Part shown: piece by piece, positions 12,789 through 24,215 of the stretch
How the letters are laid out: each line of letters starts with the position of its first letter
Numbering within the stretch: the stretch's first letter is position 1
NCBI RefSeq assembly: GCF_001194135.2
Contig: NC_068981.1
Coordinates: 48,102,707 to 48,150,493, forward strand
Reading direction: 5' to 3'
DNA from: Octopus bimaculoides
Taxonomy: Eukaryota
DNA: 47,787 bases
Position numbers and translations under genes: made by a program
Notes under the pieces: generated by a model
The model's input: only the letters and a program-made list of their open reading frames with translations
Told to the model about the DNA's origin: nothing
The model's database searches: none

Positions 12789-12912
12789 CGGCTTCGTTGA
12801 TATTACAAAAGGATTGCTTCATCGTGCAATAATTCGCCACGATAAATAAAATGATAATAATAACAACAACAGCAACAGCAATAATAGTAATAATAATAAT
12901 AATAATAATAAT

Positions 12913-13486
12913 ATATATTCACAGACACGACTGGAAGCTATGCCAGCACTATGGAATAACAACAGAAAAAAGATGGTATAAACACACGCCAGAAAAGGTC
13001 ACAGAAAACGAGAAAGCAACCATACTCTGGGATATGCCAATACACACAGATAGAGAAATTAAGGCAAATAGACCAGATATACTTGTCAAAGATCATGAAG
13101 AAAAAAATGCTTTCTAATTGATGTATCAATACCAGCAGATGACAACGTTTCTCTAAAAGAAATGGAAAAACTTTCAAAATACAAAGACCTGGAAATACAG
13201 ATAAATCGAATGTGGAATCTAAAAACAGGAACAATTCCTATCATAGTAGATGCCTTAGGTATAATAAAAAAATATTCAGACAAATACATAACAAAAACAC
13301 CAGGACTTACAAATATATATAACATACATAAAATTGCACTACTGGGCACTGCACACATTCTACGCAAAACACTTTCAATACAGTAAACATAAGAGCACCG
13401 CAGCAAACCACAGCACATACCCAAGGCGCACAGAGCTGCGCTCGGTAGTGAAGTGAAAGCACGTTATAAAAATAAAACTACTGAAC
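12913..13486 (+). mobile_element. 5'-truncated R4/Dong-like (restriction-like endonuclease) LINE 3' end with 3' UTR
   Basis: HRHD...WKLCQHYG...ILWDMPIHTDREIKANRPDILV...MEKLSKYKDLEIQINRMW...LLGTAHILRKTL* (stop at 13384-86). One frameshift near 13110. UTR hairpin GCGCA-cagagc-TGCGC. Confidence 0.9.
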
Positions 13487-13556
<70 letters not shown>

Positions 13557-13577
13557 GTAGTAGTAGTAGTAGTAATA
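13487..13577 (+). repeat. (AAT)n then (AGT)n microsatellite: LINE tail or target
   Basis: Direct reading. An (AAT)n run also lies immediately 5' of the LINE (about 12880-12912). Confidence 0.95.
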
Positions 13578-14598
13578 AAATGCATTGTAAAATTCGAAAT
13601 CGACGGAACAACCTTTCACTCGAACTAAATCCACGTGCATATGATATATATTTGTGTTGGTCTTCAACGTGTAAATAGGGAGATGGTAATCTAATATCAT
13701 TGAATTATATATAGTTTATGTGATATTTGTTGCACGAAATAAATAACATTCTTAAAATTAGTATATATAATTCAGTTGGGACAACTGAATACAGTTGATA
13801 GTAAACAAGTTGGGAAGGAAATAAATAATACCGAAACAGTCATAAGATGTAGGAGACTTACCAGGCCTACTTGCTTTTCTATTTTCTACTCAGCCATATA
13901 TCATATACTACAGCAATATTACTTCAACAAGCGCTTTATGAAACGGATATATACTACATATGAGCTTTTCTGGAAATTCTTTTTCTCCTCGTGCATTACA
14001 TGCAATATTCCTTTGAGTGGTTTGCTACGTTTTGCAGATGTTTCCACGAAATAGCAATTTCCTCTTCTCTTATATATTTCAAACTCTACCTTGTAAAAAA
14101 AAAAAGAACAGGCATAGACGACATCAAGCATAAAGAAGCCATTAAGCTACGAAAAATATTTTTAGTTTATTATGTGCTTATATACATTTGTCTGGATATA
14201 TAGGAATAGCGAGCGGATGATGAAGACAGTGAAAAATATAATCTGTTGGAAAGAGCCGATGATATCTCTCTCTCTCTCTCTCTCTNNNNNNNNNNNNNNN
14301 NNNNNNNNNNNNNNNNNNNNNNNNNNNNNNNNNNNNNNNNNNNNNNNNNNNNNNNNNNNNNNNNNNNNNNNNNNNNNNNNNNNNNNNNNNNNNNNNNNNN
14401 NNNNNNNNNNNNNNNNNNNNNNNNNNNNNNNNNNNNNNNNNNNNNNNNNNNNNNNNNNNNNNNNNNNNNNNNNNNNNNNNNNNNNNNNNNNNNNNNNNNN
14501 NNNNNNNNNNNNNNNNNNNNNNNNNNNNNNNNNNNNNNNNNNNNNNNNNNNNNNNNNNNNNNNNNNNNNNNNNNNNNNNNNNNNNNNNNNNNNNNNNN

Positions 14599-14657
<59 letters not shown>
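14599..14657 (+). repeat. (TG)n microsatellite at a gap edge
   Basis: Direct reading. (TC)n lies on the other side of the gap (14265-14285). Confidence 0.95.
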
Positions 14658-14659
<2 letters not shown>

Positions 14660-14810
14660 ATTTGCATATCACTTCAAATTAGAAATTATTTTAAGAGTAG
14701 CATCATCAGACTAATTTATTTCCTGAACATCGTTTTGCACTTCATAAATATGATATATTTTACAAGACTCACATATCATCTCCAGAATTATATACATTCA
14801 TAAATATCTT

Positions 14811-14862
14811 CCGGACGCGTATCCATTAGTCTAAATGAAATCTTAAAGATCTCTCTTCAGGC
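14811..14862 (-). ncRNA. Decayed hammerhead-like remnant
   Basis: Minus strand CTGAAGA-GAGATCT(TTA)AGATTTC...TG-GATA-CGCGT-C. GAAA is mutated to GATA, the palindromic ACGCGT stem III and GUC remain, and stem I is lost. Confidence 0.3.
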
Positions 14863-15647
14863 TAACACGGCATGTTTTCACAGTTCTTTATGCATGGTAC
14901 GACACTAAAGGAGATCAGTTTCTGCATAAATCAGCGCACTACGTTAGTAATATTTTATATTCCTTCTGCAACTCATATTCATAAACGTAGTAAATAGTTA
15001 TAATATACTACGTTTAACAATAGAAGTGCGCTATTGCTTTAAAATAAAAACGCACTCGAAAACTAATAGCCCTAGATATGAATTTATTTTCTGCATGTAT
15101 TTTAAAGCACTGAACACATTAATCTGCGTTAATAGGACAAAGGTAACGAATCAAAATAAAGTGTCTGATAGTGGATATGGATACTTTCTATGAGGTGAGT
15201 ATTACTGTGAAATACACCCAAAAACTTTTAATTCCAATAATAGTGAAACGTCAGACTTAATCATTACAATGCATTTATGCCTATCATTTTAACTTTCAAT
15301 TTAACCTCTACTTCATTGTTTCGGAAGGATTTAGTGATACATGTATATGTGTGCACTTGCGTTATTTATAACAGATAGATATATCTGTGCACATACATAT
15401 ATACACAGAGTGGTAACGAGACACAGAGTGAGTATTTGTATAAAGACTATTACAATGCGAAATAATATTAACTCAAGATATTTCGATAACATTAGTCAAA
15501 GACGCAAGAAAACACTTTAAAATATTTTACTGCGATAATAGTAACAGGTGAAAATGTAGCGACAGGGGAAGTAGTATTGGTGATAGCAGTTGTAACGTTT
15601 GTAATAGTAATAATAATAGTAATGGTAGTAGAAGTAGGAAGGGGAAG

Positions 15648-16632
15648 GGATCTTTTCCTTTTGGCCGGCACGTAGAAAAAATATTATTTTGTAACTAAAC
15701 AATTTCACATTTCGTATACTGGTAGAATGTGCCATTTCAAACATCATTTACTCGTGACGTTTTTTAAGAAAATTCTTTATTTTCGAAGTTATTTTATGTT
15801 AAAGTTGTCGTATTTCGATAATTTCAACCAATCAATTACGTCTATTGAGGTGAAAACAATTACTGCTGTGGTTTGTCAACAAGACGTTCTGGCGGTGTAA
15901 ATTTACTTTGTCACTATTATTTATGACATCGTTCGTACATTTGTACTGGTTTTAGCTTTAAGATTTTAGGATTAAGTTTAGGGTTCGGGTTTTAGAGTTT
16001 GCGTTAGGGTTTTAGTGTCAAGGTTAGGGTTTTAGGGTTAGGGCTAGGGTTCGGGTTTTAGGGCTGGGATAGGCTTTTTACAGCTACTATTTTCGGAAAG
16101 ATATTTTTGGCCCCCTCGAAGTTCTTCATTTTTTCATACTCAACCGTAACTCTAACCCTAAAATCCCAACCCTAATGCTGAAACCATAACCCTAACCCTA
16201 ACTCTAATAGGAAAACACTAACCCTAACCCTAAAACCCCAACCCAAACTCTAAAACCCTAACCTAATACTAAATCCTTAAGCCTAATCCTAAGATCCTAG
16301 ACAAAACTTTAAAACACTAACCCTAACCCAACCCTAAAGCCCCAACACTAACTCTAAAACCCTATCCGTAACCCTAAAATCCTAACCATGACCCTAAAAT
16401 CCTAACCCTAAACCTAACTCTAAAACCCGAACCCTATCCCTAACCCTAAACCCTAAAACTAAAACTAGTGCAAACGCACGAACGATGTCATAAATAACAG
16501 TGACAAACGAAATATATACCACCGATAGTTGTTGTTGACAAACAACGGCAGTAATTTTATTCAAGGGAACAGATCCCAAAATAGGCAGAACGTCTTGCTG
16601 ACAAACCACAGCAGTAATTGTTTATCTTCCCC
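15648..16632. mobile_element. Long-TIR telomere-array element, copy 2 (opposite orientation, rearranged right end)
   Basis: Starts GGATCTTTTCC at 15648. Then a TTAGGG array (about 15960-16070), a spacer that is the reverse complement of the copy-1 spacer, a CCCTAA array (about 16145-16460), and a deleted arm ending GATCC at 16576, plus an extra arm fragment at about 16585-16632. Confidence 0.8.
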
Positions 16633-17165
16633 AACATAAACTTTCCCTCCTTCAAACGAGCTTATAGGCCACAATTTCTTTCATAACCCCATCTCCTATC
16701 CAGTATAATTCACCTACTCCCACCCACGGTGTCGCACTTGCCCATGCCTCTCCAACACTACCATCTTCACAGGTACCCATGATTGTCCCAATAATATCAC
16801 CGATTCTTTCACCTGCACTTCTCGTAATGTCATTACTGCATTTCCTGCTCCTTCTGTCCTTCCCTGTCATCGGTCAAATGGGACGCCGCTTGGCTGGCTA
16901 ATTCATGGAGTACATCCAAGATATACGACCCGGCAGTGACACTCCGGTTTTGTTACATTTCGTCTCAACCAGTCATTTGCTAAACGTGTCTTTGTTCGGA
17001 CTTTGCACACCACGTGGTTAGACACACGTCAACTATTATTATATCCTGTTCTTTTAGCCTGATTTCTTTCCAAACAGACCGCTGAAATCTACAGGTGTTT
17101 TGGGTTTTTTTTTTCATTCTCCCTCTGCTTAACGAAAAAATACTTTAACATTTTTCCCTCGCGTG
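16633..17165 (+). mobile_element. Penelope-like element fragment: GIY-YIG endonuclease (family A)
   Basis: PRCRTCPCLSNTTIFTG...DSFTCTSRNVI / (Y)CISCSFCPSL..IGQMGRRLAG*FMEYIQDIR..SDTPV after frameshifts. This is the typical PLE Cys-linker plus GIY-YIG. Confidence 0.85.
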
Positions 17166-17442
17166 AAACTAATATATATATCTGTCATCGTCTTTAGATT
17201 TCAATAAATTTATATACATACATACATATANNNNNNNNNNNNNNNNNNNNNNNNNNNNNNNNNNNNNNNNNNNNNNNNNNNNNNNNNNNNNNNNNNNNNN
17301 NNNNNNNNNNNNNNNNNNNNNNNNNNNNNNNNNNNNNNNNNNNNNNNNNNNNNNNNNNNNNNNNNNNNNNNNNNNNNNNNNNNNNNNNNNNNNNNNNNNN
17401 NNNNNNNNNNNNNNNNNNNGAAACATATGTTGTGTTTCGGGA

Positions 17443-17660
17443 GAGTCATTTTCTTGTTTGTGCCTTACAATTTAACATACTCACCGGTAAAACTTCCACT
17501 TATTTCTTATTTTTATTTTCCTAAACATTTTATTGCGTTTTGCACCCTTTTCAATAGTCTTGACTCTGTCTGTCATTTACACTGCGTTCCTTCTAGTTTG
17601 TGTGTACGCATGTGTGTCGGTTAGTGTGTGTGTGCCTATGCATGCATGCATCTACGTATA
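17443..17660 (+). repeat. Left copy of an inverted repeat pair of about 215 bp
   Basis: tactcaccggtaaaacttccacttatttc...tcaatagtcttgact... is the reverse complement of 19235-19450. Confidence 0.8.
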
Positions 17661-17799
17661 TATTTATATGTATGCATGTATGTATGTATATGTGTGTATG
17701 TATACATGTGTGTGTATGCATATGTATATATGTAGCTATGTATGTATGTATGTATTCTGCATATTCATGTTGTTCACAAGAACTCAACTTTGTCATACA

Positions 17800-18507
17800 T
17801 GAAAATTGTCATACTGATAGTAGACTTAGTTAGGTTAATGAACAATGCGTCCCCACTATGCGAACCCAATGAAACCGAAAAAAAAAACATATACAGAACT
17901 TCATGCACCACATGCAGTTCTCTAGATATGATCAGAAAGATAGAGTTCGAGTATACAGGGCGGGGGGGGTAGAAAGAAATTAGATAACATTATACGTAAT
18001 TATACCAGTGGTACCTGCTGTCGATATAGGAACAAAGAATGGAATAGGATACAAAGAATTTGTGACAAAGCAAACAGAGTGAACACGTGGTAAAAAACCG
18101 GTAAATATCAACGAGTAATATTTTTAGAGGCGACAGCCCATGGAGAACTAGCCCGTAGATTTAGAAAAGCTCTGAAGGAGACCAAATTCAACATTAAGAT
18201 TGTTGGAACTTCGTCAGATCACAACTAAGTAGGACGTACACTTTTTAGAATACCATATACACCAATGATAAATCCATGTTATGTAGGATTAGCCCTGGCA
18301 TTAACAGTAGTATTAGAAATGTAGTTTACAATATAAGATGCATAGAAGGTGCTTGTAAAGACATAAACATGACATAAAGAGGGGAGACATCTAGGAGCAT
18401 TGCGGAACGACTAAATGAGCATATGAGACAATATGATAACAAAGAACAGTCCTCCATACTCTACCAACATGTCCAAGACTAACATGGAGGCAACCTAGGT
18501 CAACTTG
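17800..18507 (+). mobile_element. Penelope-like element fragment: RT thumb/linker plus GIY-YIG (family B), cut by a gap
   Basis: IVDLVRLMNNASP..., W*KTGKYQRVIFLEATAHGELARR and RNVVYNIRC...C....T*RGETSRSIAERLNEHMRQY...ILYQH. Confidence 0.8.
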
Positions 18508-19029
18508 NNNNNNNNNNNNNNNNNNNNNNNNNNNNNNNNNNNNNNNNNNNNNNNNNNNNNNNNNNNNNNNNNNNNNNNNNNNNNNNNNNNNNNNNNNNNN
18601 NNNNNNNNNNNNNNNNNNNNNNNNNNNNNNNNNNNNNNNNNNNNNNNNNNNNNNNNNNNNNNNNNNNNNNNNNNNNNNNNNNNNNNNNNNNNNNNNNNNN
18701 NNNNNNNNNNNNNNNNNNNNNNNNNNNNNNNNNNNNNNNNNNNNNNNNNNNNNNNNNNNNNNNNNNNNNNNNNNNNNNNNNNNNNNNNNNNNNNNNNNNN
18801 NNNNNNNNNNNNNNNNNNNNNNNNNNNNNNNNNNNNNNNNNNNNNNNNNNNNNNNATATCAACAGACAAGCACACATACGCAGACGGAGACTGAAACACA
18901 TGACCATATATACACACACACTTTACTTCACACAAGGACACATATGGAGACACGTGCCCACACATATGGAGATGCACATCCATACATACATATATACATA
19001 TGCATACACGCATATATATACATACACAG

Positions 19030-19232
19030 AAGCTATGATAGACCGTTGACCAAACACCATTCAATTTTTTTTCTCCGTGTTTTTCTCCTTGTTTTCTCCG
19101 TATTCTCTCTGTTCAAGAGCGTAGCTGGAAACGTTAAAGACTTTCCGTATTCCCGAGCGTCATACTAATACATCCTCTTGTTGTTTATACCACCTGTTCT
19201 CGTCTGCTGTTGTTTTTTTCGTACATTCTCCC
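19030..19232 (+). repeat. Probable Penelope pLTR-like / tail segment with a broken minimal hammerhead-like motif
   Basis: tctctCTG-ttc-AAGAG-cgtag-CTG-GAAAC-GT-T-aaaga at 19104-19140. The core is non-canonical. Confidence 0.35.
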
Positions 19233-19234
19233 AT

Positions 19235-19450
19235 ATATACATACACACATGCATACATACATGCATGCATAGGCACACGCACACATGCGCACAAACAAAC
19301 AAAACAGAACGCAGTGTAAATAACGGACAGTCAAGACTATTGAAAAGTTTGCAGGGCGCAACGAAAATTTTAGGAAAATAAAAATAGGAAATAAGTGGTA
19401 ATTTTACCGGTGAGTGTGCTAACTTATAAAGCACAAAAAGAAAACGACTC
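19235..19450 (-). repeat. Right copy of the inverted repeat pair (partner of 17443-17660)
   Basis: agtcaagactattgaaaag...ggaaataagtggtaattttaccggtgagt. Confidence 0.8.
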
Positions 19451-19491
19451 TAACCAGACACAAACGAATATATATATATATATAATGGCAT

Positions 19492-20144
19492 TACTACAGA
19501 ATAATGCCACACACCAGACTACCCAAATAAAAACATTTCAGTACCGATTGCGAGGGAAAGCAATCCTCAAAAGAAACCAACCATAAAAAAAAATAAAAAC
19601 CTCAACTATGTATCGACCGATTTGTCGATTACCAGAATGAAATCTAGTTTCCGCAGGTCAGCATAGTATAGTACCAATATATATATAAATAAACAGAATC
19701 CTCACCTTATCAAAACGAACACCTTATGCATCCGACAAAGCTAAGGGAATGATGTTTATCTCTATACATCCTATTTTGAATTTATTAATGAAATATATAT
19801 CCGGAATATATTCAATGCTGAATTTTATTCCGCTTTGGACACGTGTACCGAGAGCAACTCAGAAAGATTCCCCCTTTTTTGCAGAGATGTATAGAGATAA
19901 ACATCATTCCTTTTGCTTTGTCGGATGCATAAGGTGTTCGTTTTGGTAAGGTGAGAATTTTGCTTATTTATATATATATTGGTACTATACTATGCTGACG
20001 AGCGCAAACTAGATTTCATCCTGATAATCGGGAAATTGGTCGATACATAGTTGAGTTTTTTTTTTTAAAAAAAGGTTGATTTCTTTTGAGGGTTGCTTTT
20101 CCTCGCATTCGGTACTAAAATGTGTGTGACATTATTCTGTAGTA
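19492..20144. mobile_element. Foldback/MITE-like palindrome: arms of at least 260 bp with a spacer of about 115 bp
   Basis: 19492-19770 is the reverse complement of 19886-20144 (for example gcatagtatagtaccaatata / tatattggtactatactatgc). The right end runs into a gap. Confidence 0.85.
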
Positions 20145-21109
20145 NNNNNNNNNNNNNNNNNNNNNNNNNNNNNNNNNNNNNNNNNNNNNNNNNNNNNNNN
20201 NNNNNNNNNNNNNNNNNNNNNNNNNNNNNNNNNNNNNNNNNNNNNNNNNNNNNNNNNNNNNNNNNNNNNNNNNNNNNNNNNNNNNNNNNNNNNNNNNNNN
20301 NNNNNNNNNNNNNNNNNNNNNNNNNNNNNNNNNNNNNNNNNNNNNNNNNNNNNNNNNNNNNNNNNNNNNNNNNNNNNNNNNNNNNNNNNNNNNNNNNNNN
20401 NNNNNNNNNNNNNNNNNNNNNNNNNNNNNNNNNNNNNNNNNNNNNNNNNNNNNNNNNNNAAATACGCATATATACAGACATAAGTACAGATAGGCATATC
20501 AATATGTGTATGTGTGTGTGGTGGAGTATCAACAGGACTCCATGTTACTCGACCGCTGTTCGCAATTCAAGGCTATGCCTTTAACGAAATGATGCACATT
20601 CCGTCCCAACCTTCTGCCTCTATCAACAGGAAAAACAAAACATTTTATTTTGCTTGGTGAATTTGAAACTAGCAGCCAATAACTCCGATATACCACCATA
20701 ATATTGGCTGCACCACAACCCTAGCTGCCCCACAAGCAAGATCAGGGTTCCTAACGACCTCCGTCTACGCCGACGACAGGCAATCTTCAAAAGTGAAGCA
20801 TCCTCTGCAAACCTATACATTCGCTTTCTTTGAAGTGGGTGTGCCCATTCACATGCACACATACACACATACACTCACAAACACACACACATACACACAC
20901 AAAAACACACATACACACACAAACACACACACATACATACACAGCACACATATATGTACATATGCATCTTTCTTTTCTTTTATTTCCACAAAACTAAACC
21001 TAAGATCAAGGCCCCCTCGCCCCCAGCACCCCTGTTACAATTACTCTACCATACATTTGTCATGCCGGTACATTCCCGAAGAAAACAAGAACGCACTCAC
21101 ATACGTTCT

Positions 21110-21300
21110 CACAGAGAAACACGCACACATTCGTACATTTACATACAAATGCAATTATCCATACGCACACACAGATTTGCTTGAATCCTAAACACATTCG
21201 CTCACGCGCACTTATACAACTGACAATAGTGCACACATTATTGCACGCGTGGAAACACACACACACACACACACACACACATGCATTTAGACACACATCT
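21110..21300 (+). repeat. Dispersed CA-rich repeat, copy 1
   Basis: agaaacacgcacacattc.tacatt...ttgcttg.at.ctaaacacat.cgctcac.cgcacttat is also found at 24043-24215. Confidence 0.7.
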
Positions 21301-21949
21301 TCATACGACGAATATCACACTCGTCGGTGTTGTACACTGCTAACAAATTCCTACATGTTCGTCCACGCACGTTTTCACACGCGGTTAATACGCATTCACA
21401 CCCATACATACATACATACATGCATACATACATATATACATACATACTTACATACATAGATACATACTACCAAACATGCACATATAAATAAACGAGCTGA
21501 TGCCATCAGCCCCTCATCCATACACGAACTCTCACCCATACACCAGCTTACACACACGTACACACCCCGTTCACTCATACTCACACATTTTGTATGCATA
21601 GACTCCCAGACGCACACCCAGTCGCAGGCCATCTTCCTTGTGGCCTCAAAGTCCCTTCAAATACCTGCCAGACAAGAGCGTTATGACCAGGCAGGTTGTC
21701 CAAGTAATTCTCCTAGCTTATGTATTGAGTCTCACTGAATTGCACGTCTCTCTTCAAATAACACGTTGCAAAACACCTTGAGTAATAGCAGCCCAGTTTC
21801 CTGTACCGCTCTTGGATTTGCAGCATCTCTTAATTCGGCAATATGTCTCTGAACGAATTGGCTTGCAGTAAGAAACCTGCGGCATTTTAAAATTTATGGA
21901 ACCGAAGCAGACTGATTTTAATGAAAATATGTACATAGGCTTAGGCATG

Positions 21950-22320
21950 GATACATGGTATGTAGATTGCTTCGACGTGGTTCTGTGTTCAATTTCACTG
22001 CCTGGCTATTAGGGTAGGTGTTTTCTACCATAGCGTCGGACCGATCAATGACTTGTGAGTGGATTTGGTAGACGGAAGCCAGTACATGCATATATGTATG
22101 TATACATCATACATGCATACATGCATACATGTGTGTGTGTGGCTTTTTGTCTCTGTTATTCCTTACAATTGCCTGGGAATCAGTGTTATTATCCTTACTT
22201 TATGATGCGGGAGAAGAAACGTATATAAGTACCAGGATTTAGAAAATAGCTACTGTCGATTCAGTTATCCACAATTCTTCAAGGCTGTGCTCTGACAAGT
22301 CCGAAGTCTAATACGTGGAA
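21950..22320 (+). mobile_element. tRNA-derived SINE, diverged (family of 38125-38526)
   Basis: cttgtgagtggatttggtagacggaa and a 3' aagtacc...gtcgattc...ttcttcaagg body, with an internal microsatellite. Confidence 0.7.
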
Positions 22321-22777
22321 GAATTACATGTACAGAAGATGATGAACTGGAAAGTTCATAGGCCCAAAATGAATGTGTAATCCTTGAGCAGTGAATGAAT
22401 TAATATCAACCTTCCTATTAATAACTTCAATGTTTCTCTCCAAGCAAACCAACAGTTTACTGCTCGAAGAGGACCTCAAAAGTAATCGGTAGCAAATTCT
22501 CTTGAACATGGAAGAAAAAACAGCATCGTGGTTTTATCAAGTGCCTGCAGAAAAAAGTATTGAAACCACAAGGATGTTCATGCTGACATAGTTGCTACAT
22601 TAGGGAATGGGTCTCCAGTTTCATCAGCTGTGCAAAATGGGTGCCTAAGTTTAGCAAGGGATGGGAAAGAAATGTAGATGACCTGAGGTCTGGATGCACT
22701 GCAACTGTCCCCAAGAAAGGAAAACATTGATCGTGTCCATCACATATTGATGCATATCCAGTGGTATCCAAACTATA

Positions 22778-23654
22778 CGAGGAGGTTCCTCCAAAAGAAA
22801 AAAGACGGAATTTTGCAATATTTTTTCTTTATTCACTTAGATTTAAATGTTTACACATTTATGGCTTTCAACGTATTCCCCATTTGAAGTAATGCATCAA
22901 CCCAGGCGCGTTTTCCAATATTCGATGCAGTGTGGGAACTCTTGCGAAACGATGCCTTTTAACGTCTCCGACGTATTTTACTTCACTTCTTCCACGTCAG
23001 CAAATTCCGTAGCATCAGGTTTTATCATCAGTGATGACCTCCGAAAAAACGTCCGGTTCAACAACCAACTGTTCTTTCAGTTCACGACACGCATTCCTTC
23101 GTGACTGCTTTTTATCTTCCGGGAGCAAGCGAGACACAAATTTTGCTACAGCCCTTTTCATTCGCAATTCCTCTCTCAAAATTCGTTAGGATGTTCTCCA
23201 GGATATACCAGTAATATCATTAAATTCATCAATTGCTCAGTGACGTTCTTGCAAGATCAGTTAAAAATTGTTCATGATGTTTTCTATAGCCATCCTGAAC
23301 GAGGCTGGTCTCCACTCGACATGTGAGCATTCCTAAAGCGCGAAAACCTCTCGTAAACTTGTGTTTTGCTCATGGCTGCGTCTTTGTAAGCTTCAGCCGC
23401 ACTTTTCCCCAAGCGAAAATAGAGTCTCACGAAAGCACGTTATTCCTTCCTTTAAGCCATCGCATAAATCGACGAAAAGAGGAGAAGCATCACAAAACAA
23501 AGACGCACCACGTGGCAATAGGACTAGAGTCCACGACGCCAGTCGTCGTACAGATGTCTGAAAAGCGTATCAACTGCTTTCATTCGGCTGAAGCCTGAAG
23601 CACAACGGGCTTGTCTCACAGAGAACGTTTCCTTAAACTTTTGGGTAGCCCTCG
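22778..23654 (-). mobile_element. Mariner transposon B: internally deleted, inserted into mariner A at a TA
   Basis: TA-CGAGG... and ...CCTCG-TA termini. Translations MSKTQVYERFSRFRN...QPRSG, ILREELRMKRAVAKFVSRLL...VITDDKT*CYG and WKTRLG*CITSNGEYVE. Confidence 0.9.
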
Positions 23655-24042
23655 TAAATCAAATAGTTAATACTAATAGTATATCCCATGACACATTGTA
23701 TAATTTTCTGCACGATGAACGTGGGATGACGATAGTTAGTGCTCACATCATACGAAACTTTGACATTGTTCGAGGCACATCCAGCTGTTAATCTTGAACA
23801 TTTCCTAATCCAAATGGAAAGTTGGGGTCATCACTTTGATCCGGGGACCTGCTACAAAGTAGGCCAATGTTGTTTTATCTGCATGGCACAATTGTTGGGG
23901 GAAGCAAAAGGACCATCAACGAAAGGGCAGTCCCATTAATGAAAAATTACTACGGAAACGTGCTAAGGCAGTTATACAAATTTCGAAAGTGTTCTTGTTT
24001 CGCCAGGACAATACTACAGAACCCTGGTCCCTTGTTCTCGGA

Positions 24043-24215
24043 GAAACACGCACACATTCATACATTTTCATACAAATGCACGAACGTATATACGTTCACC
24101 AATCATCCGTACGAACGCACAGCTTTGCTTGCATTCTAAACACATGCGCTCACACGCACTTATGCACACATAATCGCACGCGCGGAAACACACACACACA
24201 TACACATAGACACAT
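24043..24215 (+). repeat. Dispersed CA-rich repeat, copy 2, inside mariner A
   Basis: Homologous to 21110-21300. Confidence 0.7.

Noticed and set aside
15150-15200. Plus-strand donor GAG|gtgagt; also AA|gtaagt at about 28506 and AAG|gtaagg at about 24654
   Set aside because: No convincing upstream acceptor or recognisable peptide.
11870-16460. True telomere or chromosome-fusion scar (head-to-head TTAGGG/CCCTAA)
   Set aside because: The arrays are degenerate, short and embedded between TIR arms shared by two copies, so a transposon explains them better.
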